Assembly: GCF_002571385.2 (NCBI RefSeq)
Contig: NW_019217919.1
Coordinates: 292,265-356,264 of the forward strand
Direction of reading: 5' to 3'
DNA length: 64,000 nt
From: Stylophora pistillata
Taxonomy: Eukaryota
The position numbers were made by a program, and so were the translations under genes. This document shows, one piece after another, positions 1 through 25,085 of this stretch (position 1 is its first letter; the number at the start of each line of letters is the position of its first letter). The notes beneath the pieces are model-generated. The model had not been told where the DNA came from. It saw only the letters and a list, made by a program, of their open reading frames with translations, and did not search any database.

Positions 1-2254
1 TTCTCCTTACTATATCAACACAATATCAAACAAATATGTGATGAGAATAAAAAGAAATTCCAATTAGAGGATTATTCATTCTCTCAATTAGCATCATAAA
101 ATTGTTTGGAAGACAGTGTTAAGGAAGGAAAAAATTAATGCTGATTTACATGGCAGTTTTTTGCCAATGATGTATGTAATACTGATTCCAGTCATGTCAC
201 CCTTTATATCCCAAAATCAATATGCTTTTACATGAATGGTTGCTATACCATTCTCCATACATTTTCTATGATACTGACACAGACAATTTGTGTGACAATT
301 GATAAATGGGTGATTGTTTGCTTAATTCCTGTGACCTTAATGTTTGAATCAGCAGTGATATTGTTTGGAGAAATCAGCTGTTGGTCACTCTCAGGGAATC
401 AAGGGTTACTAATTCATTTCAAGTCATTTTTTTTTTAAGTAATTGCATAAATACATGTTAACTCTGCTAATTATTTTAATGCACATGAAATTAAGCAGAT
501 TGCACTTTGAAACCCAGTCCATGCCTGTAGTGTGTTATTGAGAAATTCTAGACTTTATTATTTCATTGATACATTATTTTAGTGCATTAAGGCTATGGAA
601 TGTACAAAATATGCAATGGAATTACACTGTAGAACAGGGCAAAAATATGGTGGAAACAATCCATGTGATCTTTGATTTCTTTTCTGTTTTTTACACATTT
701 TTTTCAGCAATGGACTTTAAAGCCTACAAGGATTTATTTTGGTCATACCTACATTACTTGACCACTCCCCATAGGGGCTTTTCAGGGCCAATTCCCACCC
801 ATCCCACCCCAGGGGAGGACATCCACCACACAGTAATCTTGTGCGTGGGAAATTAACGTCTCCTACCCCTAACCCTGCTGGAGACAGGGCCTACGGTTTA
901 TTCGTCCTTATCTGAGAAGACTAGAATATCTATCCATTTTTTGATCATAGAAAGGTAGCAAATTCTCNNNNNNNNNNNNNNNNNNNNNNNNNNNNNNNNN
1001 NNNNNNNNNNNNNNNNNNNNNNNNNNNNNNNNNNNNNNNNNNNNNNNNNNNNNNNNNNNNNNNNNNNNNNNNNNNNNNNNNNNNNNNNNNNNNNNNNNNN
1101 NNNNNNNNNNNNNNNNNNNNNNNNNNNNNNNNNNNNNNNNNNNNNNNNNNNNNNNNNNNNNNNNNNNNNNNNNNNNNNNNNNNNNNNNNNNNNNNNNNNN
1201 NNNNNNNNNNNNNNNNNNNNNNNNNNNNNNNNNNNNNNNNNNNNNNNNNNNNNNNNNNNNNNNNNNNNNNNNNNNNNNNNNNNNNNNNNNNNNNNNNNNN
1301 NNNNNNNNNNNNNNNNNNNNNNNNNNNNNNNNNNNNNNNNNNNNNNNNNNNNNNNNNNNNNNNNNNNNNNNNNNNNNNNNNNNNNNNNNNNNNNNNNNNN
1401 NNNNNNNNNNNNNNNNNNNNNNNNNNNNNNNNNNNNNNNNNNNNNNNNNNNNNNNNNNNNNNNNNNNNNNNNNNNNNNNNNNNNNNNNNNNNNNNNGTTT
1501 TTTGTGTGTGTTGTATTCCTCTTACACACACTTTATGGGAGCAGTTTGATGCTCAGATAAGACTGTACAAAATTTTGAAAACTAGAAGCCAAAAAGACTA
1601 GAAAATGAAATAATAGAAGAATAGTAAATCCCTTATTTGATGGTTTAACATATGATATAAGAGGACATTTGGCAAGTTGGGTTGTATTTTTCCCAAGTCC
1701 AGAGGGGCAATGAAAATACGAACAACTTGCAAAATTTCTTGGCATGTGATAAATTGAGCCATTAAATAAGGTGTATAGATTACACAGAACATGAATTATG
1801 TAAATGTTGTTGTGTAAGTTGAATTTCAGACCAAAATGATTCCAAACTAGTTTGAGAAATTTTTTTACTTCAAAAGTCCTTTGAAACTAGTTTGAACTCA
1901 TTTTAGCCTGGAGACATTTTAATCTGTGACTCAAATACTTGTAAATGTTGTTTGGCTATATAAGAGTACTGATCTGCTAATTTTTGTTAAAAGCCAGGTT
2001 AACTGCGTCTCTAAGGAAACTTGTCTCCCTTTTAAAAAATGTACCTGCAGCATGTTCTCTCTTCAGAGTTACTGGAAGATGTAATATTAAACCTCAAGTT
2101 CTCATGAAATATATTTTGAAATCAAAATGCATTTTTTTTTAATCTAGCATGCATAAATCTTAAAGTGATTCTAAGTTTATATTTATAGAATTTTTAAACA
2201 TACTTTTGGAATGAAAAGCTCATAAATACACATCTGCCATTATCTTCATTGCAG

Positions 2255-13375
<11,121 letters not shown>

Positions 13376-16300
13376 CTACAAAAGGACGCCATACATGATT
13401 CAAATTCCTAAACCTGGAGAGAGTAGAGAGGGCTACTGTCGCTTCGGAAAAGAAGTGAAGACTGAAATAGCTCCTATATGTGAACAATAAATTAAGTGAT
13501 GGCGCTAATCGTGGACATCGCAAGCCGCAAGGATGCCGGTCTGCAATTGGAGCATATGCAAAAAGACTGGTAACCTTAGAAAGAAGAATGTAAATTTTCC
13601 AGGTTACTGTCCAAGTGTGCTCTGGCGTGGAATACTTCAAGTACATGATTCAACCAAACGAAAAAATTCTTCTGCTGTGATATTTGAAGCCACAACTACG
13701 CTCTCTTTTTCGTTCTTGAATGAAACATTTACCCTCTTTCTACAAATAAAAATCGAAAATGTTTTTCCCTGAAGGTAACCGGTGACCGTACTATTCTAAT
13801 TCGCTAGAAGGTAGCTTCTCACTACATAAGGGAATGGAAAGCGCTTGAGATCAACACTTGTGTATTGCGCTGTAAAAGTGAAACGTTATTGGTTTGTTTT
13901 GTTTTATTTATTGGCGCGTTTAATCGTTGAAGAGAAGACACCGCAGAAGTTTTCTTTCTTTTTTTTTTCTCCTTTTATAGCTGTTGTTAAAAAAAAAAAA
14001 AAAAAAAAGAGGAAAACCCAAAAATATTGTAATTCTCAAAAATTAACTTGTAGGCGTTTTTTTGACATTGTCTACTCAAAAACAGATTGCTTTTTATGAT
14101 CTATGACGCGTGTGTAAACACTGTTTCTCAAACCTTAACTGCCTCAGTACCGATCAAATTGTTTAAGTCTATATTATTTATATAGGTATATACGGGTATA
14201 TACAGAGTTATGCCGGTATATATATGTAGCTTAGTGAACCGTCTTCAATTCGTCCCAAGTCTACGGAAGCCAACGCGGTTGGGTGGTTTCTCTGATTGGT
14301 TAATGAGCATTTTGTTTACTGAAGAGCGTTGCTCTTTAGCAATAGTGACCTCTTTGTAAAAGTAAAGGAAACTACGTAATTTATTAAGAAGCAGAGAAGT
14401 TTTTTGGGTTCGAAGGTTTCAAAATCCTTCGATGTTGTAGTTAATTAAAATTAAACTTTCATTAAATTATGATTCAATTACTACGATATCCAGATTAATC
14501 CGAAAAACCCCTTTCCGCTTTGCTTAATTCACTACTGCTGAACTTTAATTGGTATTGAACATCTTAAATTATTTTAACTCTTGCCAATCCATTCGTTTAT
14601 GCTCTTAGAACATTGAGAAAATATCTCCGGTAGTGACATCGTCTAAAGTAAGAAATTCCTTCATTTTGGATATTTTCCTCGATTTTTTTGGGTAAGTGTC
14701 GTTGCAATGGTTATTTTAATCAACTCTGCGATTGGTGAATTAAGTCATTACCTGCTTAAACTGTCTGATTACAGCCAACTGTCTGATTATACTGTCCCGT
14801 CACAACTCTGGTGAATAACTAGAGAAAAATAAAGCAGCTAATGCACCAATCGTTTTTGAAGAAATTGTCATAGTTGTTATCAATTACGAAATTGATACGT
14901 AACGTTTGAAACTTACAGAAAGGCGCTTTTATGAAACAATGTGATTCACGATTGGGTCTTCAAATATACGTGACCCGTAATAATTATGATATGACGTTTT
15001 TCCTTTTAAATTCGTGACGCGTGAAATACGATTTACAATATACATGATCTCAAACGACCAGTTCAAAGCTGAGGTGAATAGACCGAAGAACAAATAGTGT
15101 GGCTCATGGGGTCATTTAAAATACATTTCGACAGTGTCATAGAACCAAAACAAATTTATAGTCACAATGGCCAATCAGAACAAAAGGGAAAGTGCTTTTT
15201 AGAGGTGATGATAAGAGGTTAAAGTGAAACCAAGCAAACTTACAGGAAAGCGGGAAACCTCGCTCTTCCTTTTTCACGCAGCGCTATTCAGGTTAGTCAA
15301 GGTCGGATTTCCGGTCACGTGGACAAATGAACTCTGAGCAAAGTCTGCAAAATGACTGGTTTATGTTTGACACGTTATGAATTATTTAATGTAGTTTCAA
15401 GCGACAAAAAATTAGAGGATTGGGACTGGCTGGCAAATCACTGCTCAGGACGAACTGTTACTTTCTGTATTCCACTTAACGCTAAAATTTCATTTTAAAG
15501 AGGTTATATTGAAGTGCACCTTGCGCCTTATTTCTGATGGTTGTTTGGTCTGTGGGTCACTATTTTGCAGCAGTTGTGCTGATGTGATATTTTATCATAC
15601 ACATATTTCAGCACGTCTAAATCAACTGTCAACGATACAGGCCTCTATTGAATATTGTATGACATGTCATTATTTGTCGACCTCTGGAACCCTTGCCATT
15701 GAATATGAAGTTCTTTTCTGGATCACTTGAACTATGGTACAGTTTATGGCTAAATTTTTTTTAGATTAAAAACAACTAGATCATCACTTATGGGTTATTA
15801 GGGGAAGAGGTCTATCTATGTTAAGCTCTTCATTTCTATCTTGAAGATACCGCACAGTGGTTTGGCGAATTTAATTGGTTTGAAGAAACACAAAAGTTCT
15901 GCTGCAAACATTTTTTTTTGCGATTAACTATTCACGCAGCAGAAAATTAAACAGGGATGGAGACGTAATATTTAATCAATGAATTGTCAAGTAACAGGAA
16001 TCTACATTTTAGAAATGTTTTACTAAATTCTATGAATTCTTCGACGTTAATCCTCGCTGACCAAATGAGCTGAAACAGCAGCGAAATAGACCAAAGATCC
16101 TTCCGCTGCTGCTACTCCCTTCTCTTGAGTATATTTTTTCAATTCGACCGATTTCTTTCGGCTTTTCACCAAGAGGGCTTTTTCTTTCCGGCTGAAGTTG
16201 TTTCTGTTTTTTTTTTTTTTCGCAGATCAACAAAGATCTGCGGAGCGTCTCCTTGTACGAACTTCCGGATTATATGTTACAAGTGTGTTGATGTTTTTGA

Positions 16301-17885
16301 TGTGTCTAGACCCGAATCACGACCTCAAAAGTAGTTAGAAGACATCAACACCACTTGTTAAATGATCAACAAGTACAGGTGCTCTTGATTGTTAAGTAGA
16401 TTCTCCTTGTCAGCACCTTAGGAAATGGAAAAAGAACAGTATGGAGAATATGCATACTGATGTGAGGGTGTAAAGGTTTAGGAACTGACTGACCCTATGC
16501 AGTAGATCTAAAGGTCTCTAAAAACACAAGACATGCAAATAATTAGCGGGAGAGTTCTTTCGTGTTTGACATCACTAAAGCCAAGAGAATATAAACTGAG
16601 TATACAACTCTTGCTTAAGCATAACATCCTTTATTTCAACGCGTCTCCATTTTTCAAAACAATGCTTTATTTATGACCAATTTTGTTTTATTTGCCCATG
16701 TCTCAAATAGTTCGGTCGTAATTAGATTACGTCACGTCTTCTATGTGGGGGGTTGGAAAATAGGGGATATCCGTGATTATGAAATTCATAGGTATTTGGA
16801 GGGAGCAGGACACCATCAAGATTTTCAGTAGAGGATTCTAAATCTACAGAAAAACGTTATGAGTTATATTTAGAGAAAATCCCGGCAAGCTCTCATAAGC
16901 CAAGTTAGTCAGAATGGAGATTTCGTGACCTCCTATTCAAGGAGGTGCCATTTTAAGTGTAAAAATAGATAGCAACAGGGCAAGACAGGATAAATATATC
17001 AAAGACGACCTGTTACTCAGGGGGAGGGAGTAGGGGGGAGTTAGTGGTGTGCCTGCGGAACTGTCCCTGAGACGGCATATTCAAGGTCGTATTGAATACT
17101 ATTTTTTGTCAATTGGTATTTTGGTAGTTAACAATCTTATAGGTAACTTTAATTCAAAGAATTGCATGTTCACGTTCGTAAAAATTGTTTGAAATTGGTG
17201 TAATATAATTAATTTTCTTTATTTTATCGCTTTTCGCTGTTCAGATCAGTAATTTGATCCAACGTATACCAACAAGATTGTTTCTAGATTCCCTACGGGT
17301 ATCGAACGGAAGTCACAAAATTGGTTCATTAGTTGTGCAATTGACGTTCTTTCCACATAGAAAGAGACGATTAAGGTAATGTAGGATTCAGAAATGTCAT
17401 TAATTGATCATAATAACACCATTTTTATCGCACGCAAACAACGTTTTAAGATAAGTAGCAATCACATTAAACAAAGATCAGTGTCTGCCTTACTGGCGCA
17501 ACAGGAGTAAATGTGCCCCCACCCGGCAACTTCTTATCTAAATTGCATGCTATTCAAAGCACAATTTGATAGTGAAGTCTGGTCTTACCTGAAAGAAACA
17601 GCCAATGGGCTCAAAATAGATTACCTGTCAATATCGACCGGCACGGATTAACCCTAACTCGAGAGTAAAATCAGACACGAACTCCTGGGAGTGTGTTTCG
17701 TAGTTTCTGAAATAAACCGCGCCGCTTGTTCTTCCTTTGAACCTTCGCCAGTGCCGTTTACAGGCGTCGTTTCAACAAGGAAAACCACGCTTTTTTCTGT
17801 AGTCGTGACGCTTAATCGCAGTCTATCCATGTCAAAGGTTGTTAGCGATCATTAAGAACATAACTGATCAGGATAAATCCATTAG

Positions 17886-19139
17886 TTAGGGTGACATTCC
17901 TTTGATTTGAGACTTTTGGAAAAGGTCAGTCAAACACTGCCCCACGGCTCCATGTCGGACTAAAGTGTTGTCATCTAAAACACACGTTTTAGGTAAGTAT
18001 GGCGGTGTTTGGAACCCCCTGTCATGAACGGCATTAAGCCCCATCTTTGCGGCGAGCATCCCGACATAAACATCATCAAATTTAAACCGCGGAATGCCAC
18101 CAAAAATACTGACAAACAAAGTCACAACGTCGGATGATAAAATATAACCTGGCCCGGCGCAAAAGTCAGGATAATGTGTTGTTTTGTACTCCTCTCGAGT
18201 TAACGACCATTTCCCGGTTCTTTTGACCAAAGGATTTCTATACACAAATCCCATATAAAGTTTGTCTTTTGGAGTCGTTGCTCTGTTTAGGATAGCGATG
18301 ACGGCCGGTGGATTGATAAAAACATCATCATCCGCTTTGAGCAAAAACTGAAAGCTACAATACCTAGCTGCCCACTCAAAACCCATCTCAATCTTAAGCG
18401 TTTGGTTCCAATAGTGTTCGTAGTAGTTCGCACGCACGAGATCGCCGTAAAACGCACCTTCGCGTTGAAGGAGCTCTGAGTGATTTTTGTCTCGGGACTG
18501 GCCGAGCAAAAACACTGTCTTCCAACGTGTGTTGATGGAGTTATCAACAGCCCATGTTTGTCGTATTGTTCTACGTCTGTCGAAATACGCTGGAGAAGAA
18601 GAGACAAGAATAAGAAGAAAATAATGCTGACTGCATTTTGTTGTGGAGGTGAGAGTTGTTTTATGCTCAAAAGGAAGTCGGTCCTCGATTGTGGATGCAC
18701 TGACTGTGCTGTGAGTGCTTTCTAAATCCACGGGCGAACTCTCTATAATTTCTGTATTTTTTGTTACTGTTGCCCCTGTCTTCTCCACACTTGCCCTTGT
18801 CGGTTTCTTTAAAAGCCGTACCTCACTGTAGACATTTAACGAATGTGGCTGCCTCGCTGGAGGAGATGAAACAATTCTCCAGGTCTGGGACCAATCACGG
18901 AGACAAACGGTGACTATTACAATTGTGACTGCCACGTAGAAAACTCCTGCAATTCTCCTCAATAAACGCTTATTAGAGCAGGTGATATTCAGAGCATGCG
19001 AAGGCATCACTGCTTCAGCTGTCCAGTTCACACCGTTGTTGTCGCCTCTTGAGCCGGTGATATGCTGGGTTATACAAGGAATGTTTACGTAGACGGCTCG
19101 CCGCATGAATTCCAAGGTCCCATTATCGCAGATTAGCAT
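17886..19139 (-). CDS. Beta-1,3-galactosyltransferase / GT31 family glycosyltransferase, single exon (start may be the downstream ATG at 19106 or 19007)
   Basis: Type II TM segment, Ser/Thr-rich stem, FLLILVSSSP..RRRTIRQTW, VFLLG, YWNQTLK, FLLKADDDVF (DxD), YPDFCAGPGYILS and FDDVYVG. Confidence 0.93.
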   Translation of the reverse strand: MLICDNGTLEFMRRAVYVNIPCITQHITGSRGDNNGVNWTAEAVMPSHALNITCSNKRLLRRIAGVFYVAVTIVIVTVCLRDWSQTWRIVSSPPARQPHSLNVYSEVRLLKKPTRASVEKTGATVTKNTEIIESSPVDLESTHSTVSASTIEDRLPFEHKTTLTSTTKCSQHYFLLILVSSSPAYFDRRRTIRQTWAVDNSINTRWKTVFLLGQSRDKNHSELLQREGAFYGDLVRANYYEHYWNQTLKIEMGFEWAARYCSFQFLLKADDDVFINPPAVIAILNRATTPKDKLYMGFVYRNPLVKRTGKWSLTREEYKTTHYPDFCAGPGYILSSDVVTLFVSIFGGIPRFKFDDVYVGMLAAKMGLNAVHDRGFQTPPYLPKTCVLDDNTLVRHGAVGQCLTDLFQKSQIKGMSP

Positions 19140-20811
19140 GTTTTCGGAAGACGATGTTTTTGCGTATTTTGTTTCAACTCAAACACTCATTACACAAGTT
19201 ATATCAAGTGTTGATTGATAAATATCGGTATGAGTATCTCTTCGATTATGTCATCATTGTCACGCGAAAGCGTTAACCGGCTTTGAAACCGTTTTGATGT
19301 TACTCTGTGATTTGCGCGTGTTAGGCGTTTTACACAAAGGAAAATTGACTCCGTGGACGAGGGAAGACTTTGATCTGATCTGCCTTTAACCAACACCCAC
19401 TGCAAACATATTAGTAATATCATTCACAAAACTGTTTCTCATGACCTTTAGTACTTGTGGCTTGAATGTTTAGCCAACGGTTACGTTTAGTTACTATGCA
19501 ACCATGAATCAAGTTGCACGGATGGAAAACCGCACGGACCATGTTATTTTCCTCGCTCAGGTTTTTTACCAGATTACCAAAAAAAAAACGCTTTTAAAAT
19601 TGACTTTAGAAAAAATAGTGAATAAAAGTTTTGAATATATTCAATTGGGTGAAGTGAATCTTAACAGGAAGTTCCTCATTAGCAAATTGCGTTAATAATC
19701 TTATTGATAAGTTTTAGTTTTGTTTGTTGTGGTTTTTACGAATTATTTCATCTTCTTTAGTATTTTACAGAATATCCTTGGGTAATTCCTTTAACGATGA
19801 CTTGAGACACAAATTGCCAACGTTCCGACTAGAAACAATTCTCTCGTCAGGGAAAAAGGTGACTTTTATGCCACCATTAGATCATCGTCTGTTGAAAGTA
19901 AAACTTTTCAACCAAAATCTGCGCCCTCCTACTAAAGGCATCTTCAAGAGGATTAAAACTGAAACATGCAGGCAATTACCCCTTCGTGAAAATGTGGGGA
20001 TAATTTTCTAAATATTGTATTTGAAGGAAAGTGGTCAATACTCTTCGTGCCCCCCCCCCCCTTCCTCCATTACACTGTCCCCGGTCCCCTCCGCGCTCGC
20101 TCGCTCTGAAGACACTGTTGACTTAACGAACCAAGGTTCTAAGAGATATCTAGCACCAAAGTCTCACACAAGTTAGCTGACCGTTGACAGAAATTAAATG
20201 ATTAGATTTTAAAATGTCGTTAATCTTACCATCTGTAGCATTGACGATCGAAAGTCTATAAATCAGCTCAGATTCCTTGGGGCACAGCATCTGACCGCGA
20301 TTGGAACAAAATAAATCTTCCCTCCACTCCCACCCCCACTAACGGCGGAGGATCATGTTGCAAACGGTACGCCAGTATATATAGTCAATTTTTTTTTTGA
20401 ACGAGGGATTTTTCTATCTTGATATTTTGGAATCAATATATTTCAACAAATGAATAATTAACTCTATATCTATCACAGTCCATGGAAAAATGGAATTTCC
20501 GTCGTTTAAGTGCTTATAAGTTGACCGGAAATTAAATATTTCTGCGACAAGAGAACGACAACAGGCCCTGAGCCTTGCCCTTCAAGTGGAGTAGAGCTAT
20601 GGGCATGGGCAACGGCGATTGAATATTTAGGTTTGGGTTTTCACGTGTTTCATCTTTTTAAGCAGATACCAAAAGCTCGCGTTTTTTAAAATAGGGGTTT
20701 TAATTCAGTCCTGCCTCGTAAGATGGACTGAAAAGGCTTGAGCCGTACCCTTCCTACCCCAAATTTCCTGTAATTTTTTCCTCAAAGTTGTTTATTTTCG
20801 CAGAGATTTTT

Positions 20812-20990
20812 ACGTATGATGCACGATCCTCGCAGTAGAGAGCGCTATCTATGCAATAGCGAAAATCAGACCTGAAAAAAATTAGGCCTGTACGGGATTC
20901 GAACCACTGACCTCTGCGATACTAGTGCAGCGCTCTACCAATTGAGCTAACAAGCCAACTGGGAGCAGGCCGTTAAGTTGATTCGTAATT
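20812..20990 (-). mobile_element. tRNA(Thr)-like-headed repeat, family A
   Basis: Near-identical to 8395-8556, with Pol III box A and box B. Confidence 0.8.
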
Positions 20991-21249
20991 TTTNAAAAGA
21001 TATGTCTCTTGGTGAAGTAATTTCTGAGCCACAGTGCCCCTTGGTGAAAATTGGGATTAAAACTCTTTTCAAACATTGAAATGGAGTGCATAGCGAAACC
21101 ACAACAAAACAATTTCTACAAAAGAAACAGTAAAGGTAAATTTGGAGAATTTGCATTAGTTGGGGATCATTTCCTTTTATTATCTTAAGCTGTTGTGTGA
21201 TTTGGGGTTGATTTCGATGCTAGTCACTCAGAAGGATTTCAGGGTTAAA

Positions 21250-21640
21250 AGTGTAAAAACATCAGATACTTAGCAGCAGAACAATATTACGTATGATGCA
21301 CGATCCTCGCAGTAGATAGCGCTATTTAAGCAATAGCGAAGTTCAGACCTGAAAAAAATCAGGCCTGTACGGGACTCGAACCACTGACCTCTGCGATACT
21401 AGTGCAGCGCTCTAACAAGTGTAAAAACATCAGATACTTAGCAGCAGAACAATATTACGTATGATGCACGATCCTCGCAGTAGAGAGCGCTATTTATGCA
21501 ATAGCGAAGTTCAGACCTGAAAAAAATCAGGCCTGTACGGGATTCGAACCACTGACCTTTGCAATACTAGTGCAGCGCTCTACCAATTGAGCTAAAAAGC
21601 CAACTGGGAGAAGGCTGTTAAGTTGATTCGTAATAAACCC
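21250..21640 (-). mobile_element. Tandem duplication of a family A repeat plus its flank
   Basis: The unit aagtgtaaaaacatcagatacttagcagcag...tagtgcagcgctcta occurs at about 21250-21416 and again from 21418. Confidence 0.85.
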
Positions 21641-24569
21641 GTGATGTGACCAATATTTCAACCAAATTACCTTGCTGTAATGGTAGTTAATAGACAAATA
21701 AGAGAGATATCTTCAACTACTTCACATGGCTTGTATGTCATAGATTTTTGTCGGGTACGTTTTCTGGTGCTCGACTGCAACATGCGAAATAAACCTTATG
21801 GCTAAAAAATCGCGTTTAGTGTCTATAATGTAGAATATATATTGATCCTTCTCTGTGGCACTCTGCCACACCTTAATTTCTCTCTAATCAGATATTCGCT
21901 GTACCTTGAACTTCTCAGTTTATTTGCATAAAGATAAACCCTTATAGAATAAACCTCGTGCTTGAGTACTTTTGATCGAGTCCGATCGCTAATTTGTGCT
22001 GTTTATTGTAAATGGAGAGTCCGATATCATTTTTCTTTTCACAAGAAATAAGTCAGACATAAAACTCCCAATATGAATAATTTTCAAAGTCATACCTATT
22101 TATCAAAAGTACATACTTGTGAACATAGAAAACGCCTTAATACTTTTCTTCCATTTTGCAACCTTTACCGTTGCACTGGAAAACTCGTTTTCTCGTTAAG
22201 ACTTGTTAAAATTTTGTCATCATCAAAGTTTTCTTTTCGAGGTATTTTTCTCCTTCGCATTTGGTTTAATTTAGAAGATGTACTCATTTAATGATACAGC
22301 AACACCCCGATCTCAGCGATCTTTGCCGGCATGGTTTGGTTTCAATTCAACAACCTCTTGGAAACACTTATTCTTGTACCATCCAAAATCAACTAATTTT
22401 GTTTAAGGAATTTCAAGTGCAGAGACAAGTGATATTAAGCATAACTGTTCCTCATAACAGTCTCTGTTATTGTAGCGATATTAAAGGTTGCCAAGAGAAC
22501 GTAAAACTCATCAAAGGTTGACTTGGGTTGATCATTCGCCAAAAACGCGCATTAAGACATCAAAAAGTCTTTCCAGAGCTTTATGTGAATATTAAATGAC
22601 GATGAGTAATCTAAGATAAAGTACCTTTGACTAACCATCAAGAATTCTTTGTCTTGTTTCATCCCGCTATGACTTTCGTGCAAACTTCGGTTTCTTTCTG
22701 CACGTGATCCGAATGCATTATCACGGTGTGACATGCTGAGCAATGGCTAAATGAACGATCGATCCTTGTTGTCGATGAACCGAGGCCAATTTACAGTTGG
22801 GAACACTTATGATACCGTTGCCCGGTGACAAAAGATGAGGGATACTTAGCGAGGTATACTTAACATACTCAAACGAAATATCTGCTTTTAATTCGATTGC
22901 AATCGTGTCTTGTTTAATCTTAATTTGTTCTTTGAGTTGCTTGGGTTGCGATCACATTCCTTGGGATGGGGAAATTTGTTGAAGCGGATATTCTACTGTC
23001 TAGGTTTATCACCAGCTAAAGGAATCCTGAGCATATGGTTATAGAGGAATCTGCTCCAAGCACAACAACATATAGGAATACTTTTGAGAATCGAAGCAGA
23101 TCACACAGATTCATCGGCATGCACTGGGTCCAATCTTAAACTCGAATACATCAGCCTAAAGATATAGATGAGATAAAAATTACCCAATCTATTTTTCTTC
23201 GGGAGAATCATTCACTACATGGCCAGTGAAAACTGGCCATGCAGACATGATTCTGTCATAAAACGCACTGACATTAACCTCAACGCACAGAAAAGTACAA
23301 ACGCTACCAAATACCTTCCCTTTAACGCCAGGAACTCAAATCTTGTAATTTTGTGTGAAACTGTATCGAATATTGCATACAATAGGACATACGTGTTGCT
23401 AAGGAAACAAAGAGTGTTTTGATCAAAGATACTAGAGCATATTGTACACTGCCCAGTTTAAACGTCTTCAGTAGTACTGAGCTGATGTTGTACGTTTGTG
23501 ATTTCCGTTAGTTCATTTATTCCTGCTTGAGAGTTCACCCGAACGACATGAAAAGGAGATAGGCTCTTCAAAAGGGAATCAGTGATAAAGCGTGCTTTTC
23601 CACTCTGCATCTTTAAACCATGCAAAACCAGAGTAGTCATGTTAGGACTGTGAGGCAAAAAGAACAAAACTTCATGAGAAGCCCTGATCTCGATAAGCGG
23701 AAAACCTTCAAGTGTGTCCGAAGACTCGGCTCCGAAGAGCAGAAGGATGTGTCTGAGCGACCATGTGCAATAAAACTGGTTTTTCGTTTTTTATCTGATT
23801 GTCTGAATGTTTGGTTCGATTTTTCTTGGTCCATCATTGAAAGAAGTGAATCGAAACTTTTGGAATGCTGGATTACTTTAGATGCTCGTTGGAAGATTTC
23901 TCTGTAACCTTCTTCTATTAACAAACCCCATAGTTAATTTGTTGATGGATTCAATCTGAAAGTTGCTGTCTCTTCCGTGGGCAGGAAAATATTTAATAAC
24001 AAAATATACTTACTTAAAACTTAAAAACACACTTGAGCAATTGCTTTTAAACTTCTTATCAATATTTTTGAAGTTTAATTTACACATTAAGGCTATGGAA
24101 CCTTTTGAAAATATTTCATTATTTTTTCTTTACCGTCGATAGCCGGGGATCGACTGGTTAAAAGAGAGGAATGTTTGTACCACTATGACGATAGAAATCG
24201 CGTTGAACAGTTGCCACTCGGACGTGCCTTCGAGACGGAATTTCGAGAGGAGGGCGGTGTCCATACAGAGAGGAGCTGAGGACTGGAACTGACTTTATTT
24301 GTTCCTGTGGAAAGATCAAGTTAAAAAAAACTGCTTAAGATCAACTGAATAGCAATCTGCGATGTATAACGCAAGTTATGCTTCGGTTGAGTTAGGGGAA
24401 ATTCGTACATTTGAAAGATCAGAAAAATGTGAAACGCTAAATGAAGGATGATAATAGCGCCGGCTATATCCACGAACTCATGGCTCTTTCCAGTATAACA
24501 CTTTTCTGGGTACTTTGGTAAGACTGCATTGCGCCGTTTGCGATTTTTGAAGGAAATTTTGCAAACACC

Positions 24570-25085
24570 CCAATGTCGGAAACGTAGTCAGACCACAACA
24601 CCGAGAGCTACATTCCCAACTGTTTAAGATTCTAATCGAATGGCTTCTTGAACGTCCATTGCTAATGACCAGTCAAAAAAATTGCAGAAAACGGGGCCTA
24701 CAGTTTTACCGTCGTTTCCGAGAAGAAAAGAACGTCTAACCATTTGCAAATATCATAGCAAAGTCAGTTGCTTCTCGACAGTTGTTTAACGACTGTGGAA
24801 AAGAGCTGTCTTTGCTATTAGACCATCAAATTGATTTATATCTTCGACGGGTTTAATACGAACCAATATAATGACTACCTCTCAGCTGACTTGTTAGCTC
24901 AGTTGGTAGAGCACTGCACCGGTATCATAGTGGTCATGGGATCAAATCCCGTACGAGCCTGAATTCAGGCTTTTTCTTCTTTTTTCAGGTCTTTATCCCA
25001 CTACAACATGAGTAGGGTTTATTACTGCGAGGATCGCTTTCATACAGGCCATGAATGTTGGTGCAGACTGGGGCTTAAACCTTCG
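24570..25085 (-). mobile_element. Degraded SINE (family B) interrupted by a plus-strand family A-like tRNA repeat (about 24850-25045)
   Basis: 24693-24795 and 25048-25085 match the reverse complement of 28580-28715. The insert has TAGCTCAGTTGG, a GGT loop and GGATCAAATCC. Confidence 0.65.

Noticed and set aside
908-1531. Long ORFs in the track (also 2613-2933 and 58402-58689)
   Set aside because: They are made of N-gap codons.
21250-21640. CRISPR-like repeat array
   Set aside because: Eukaryotic context, two long units, no unique spacers and no cas genes.
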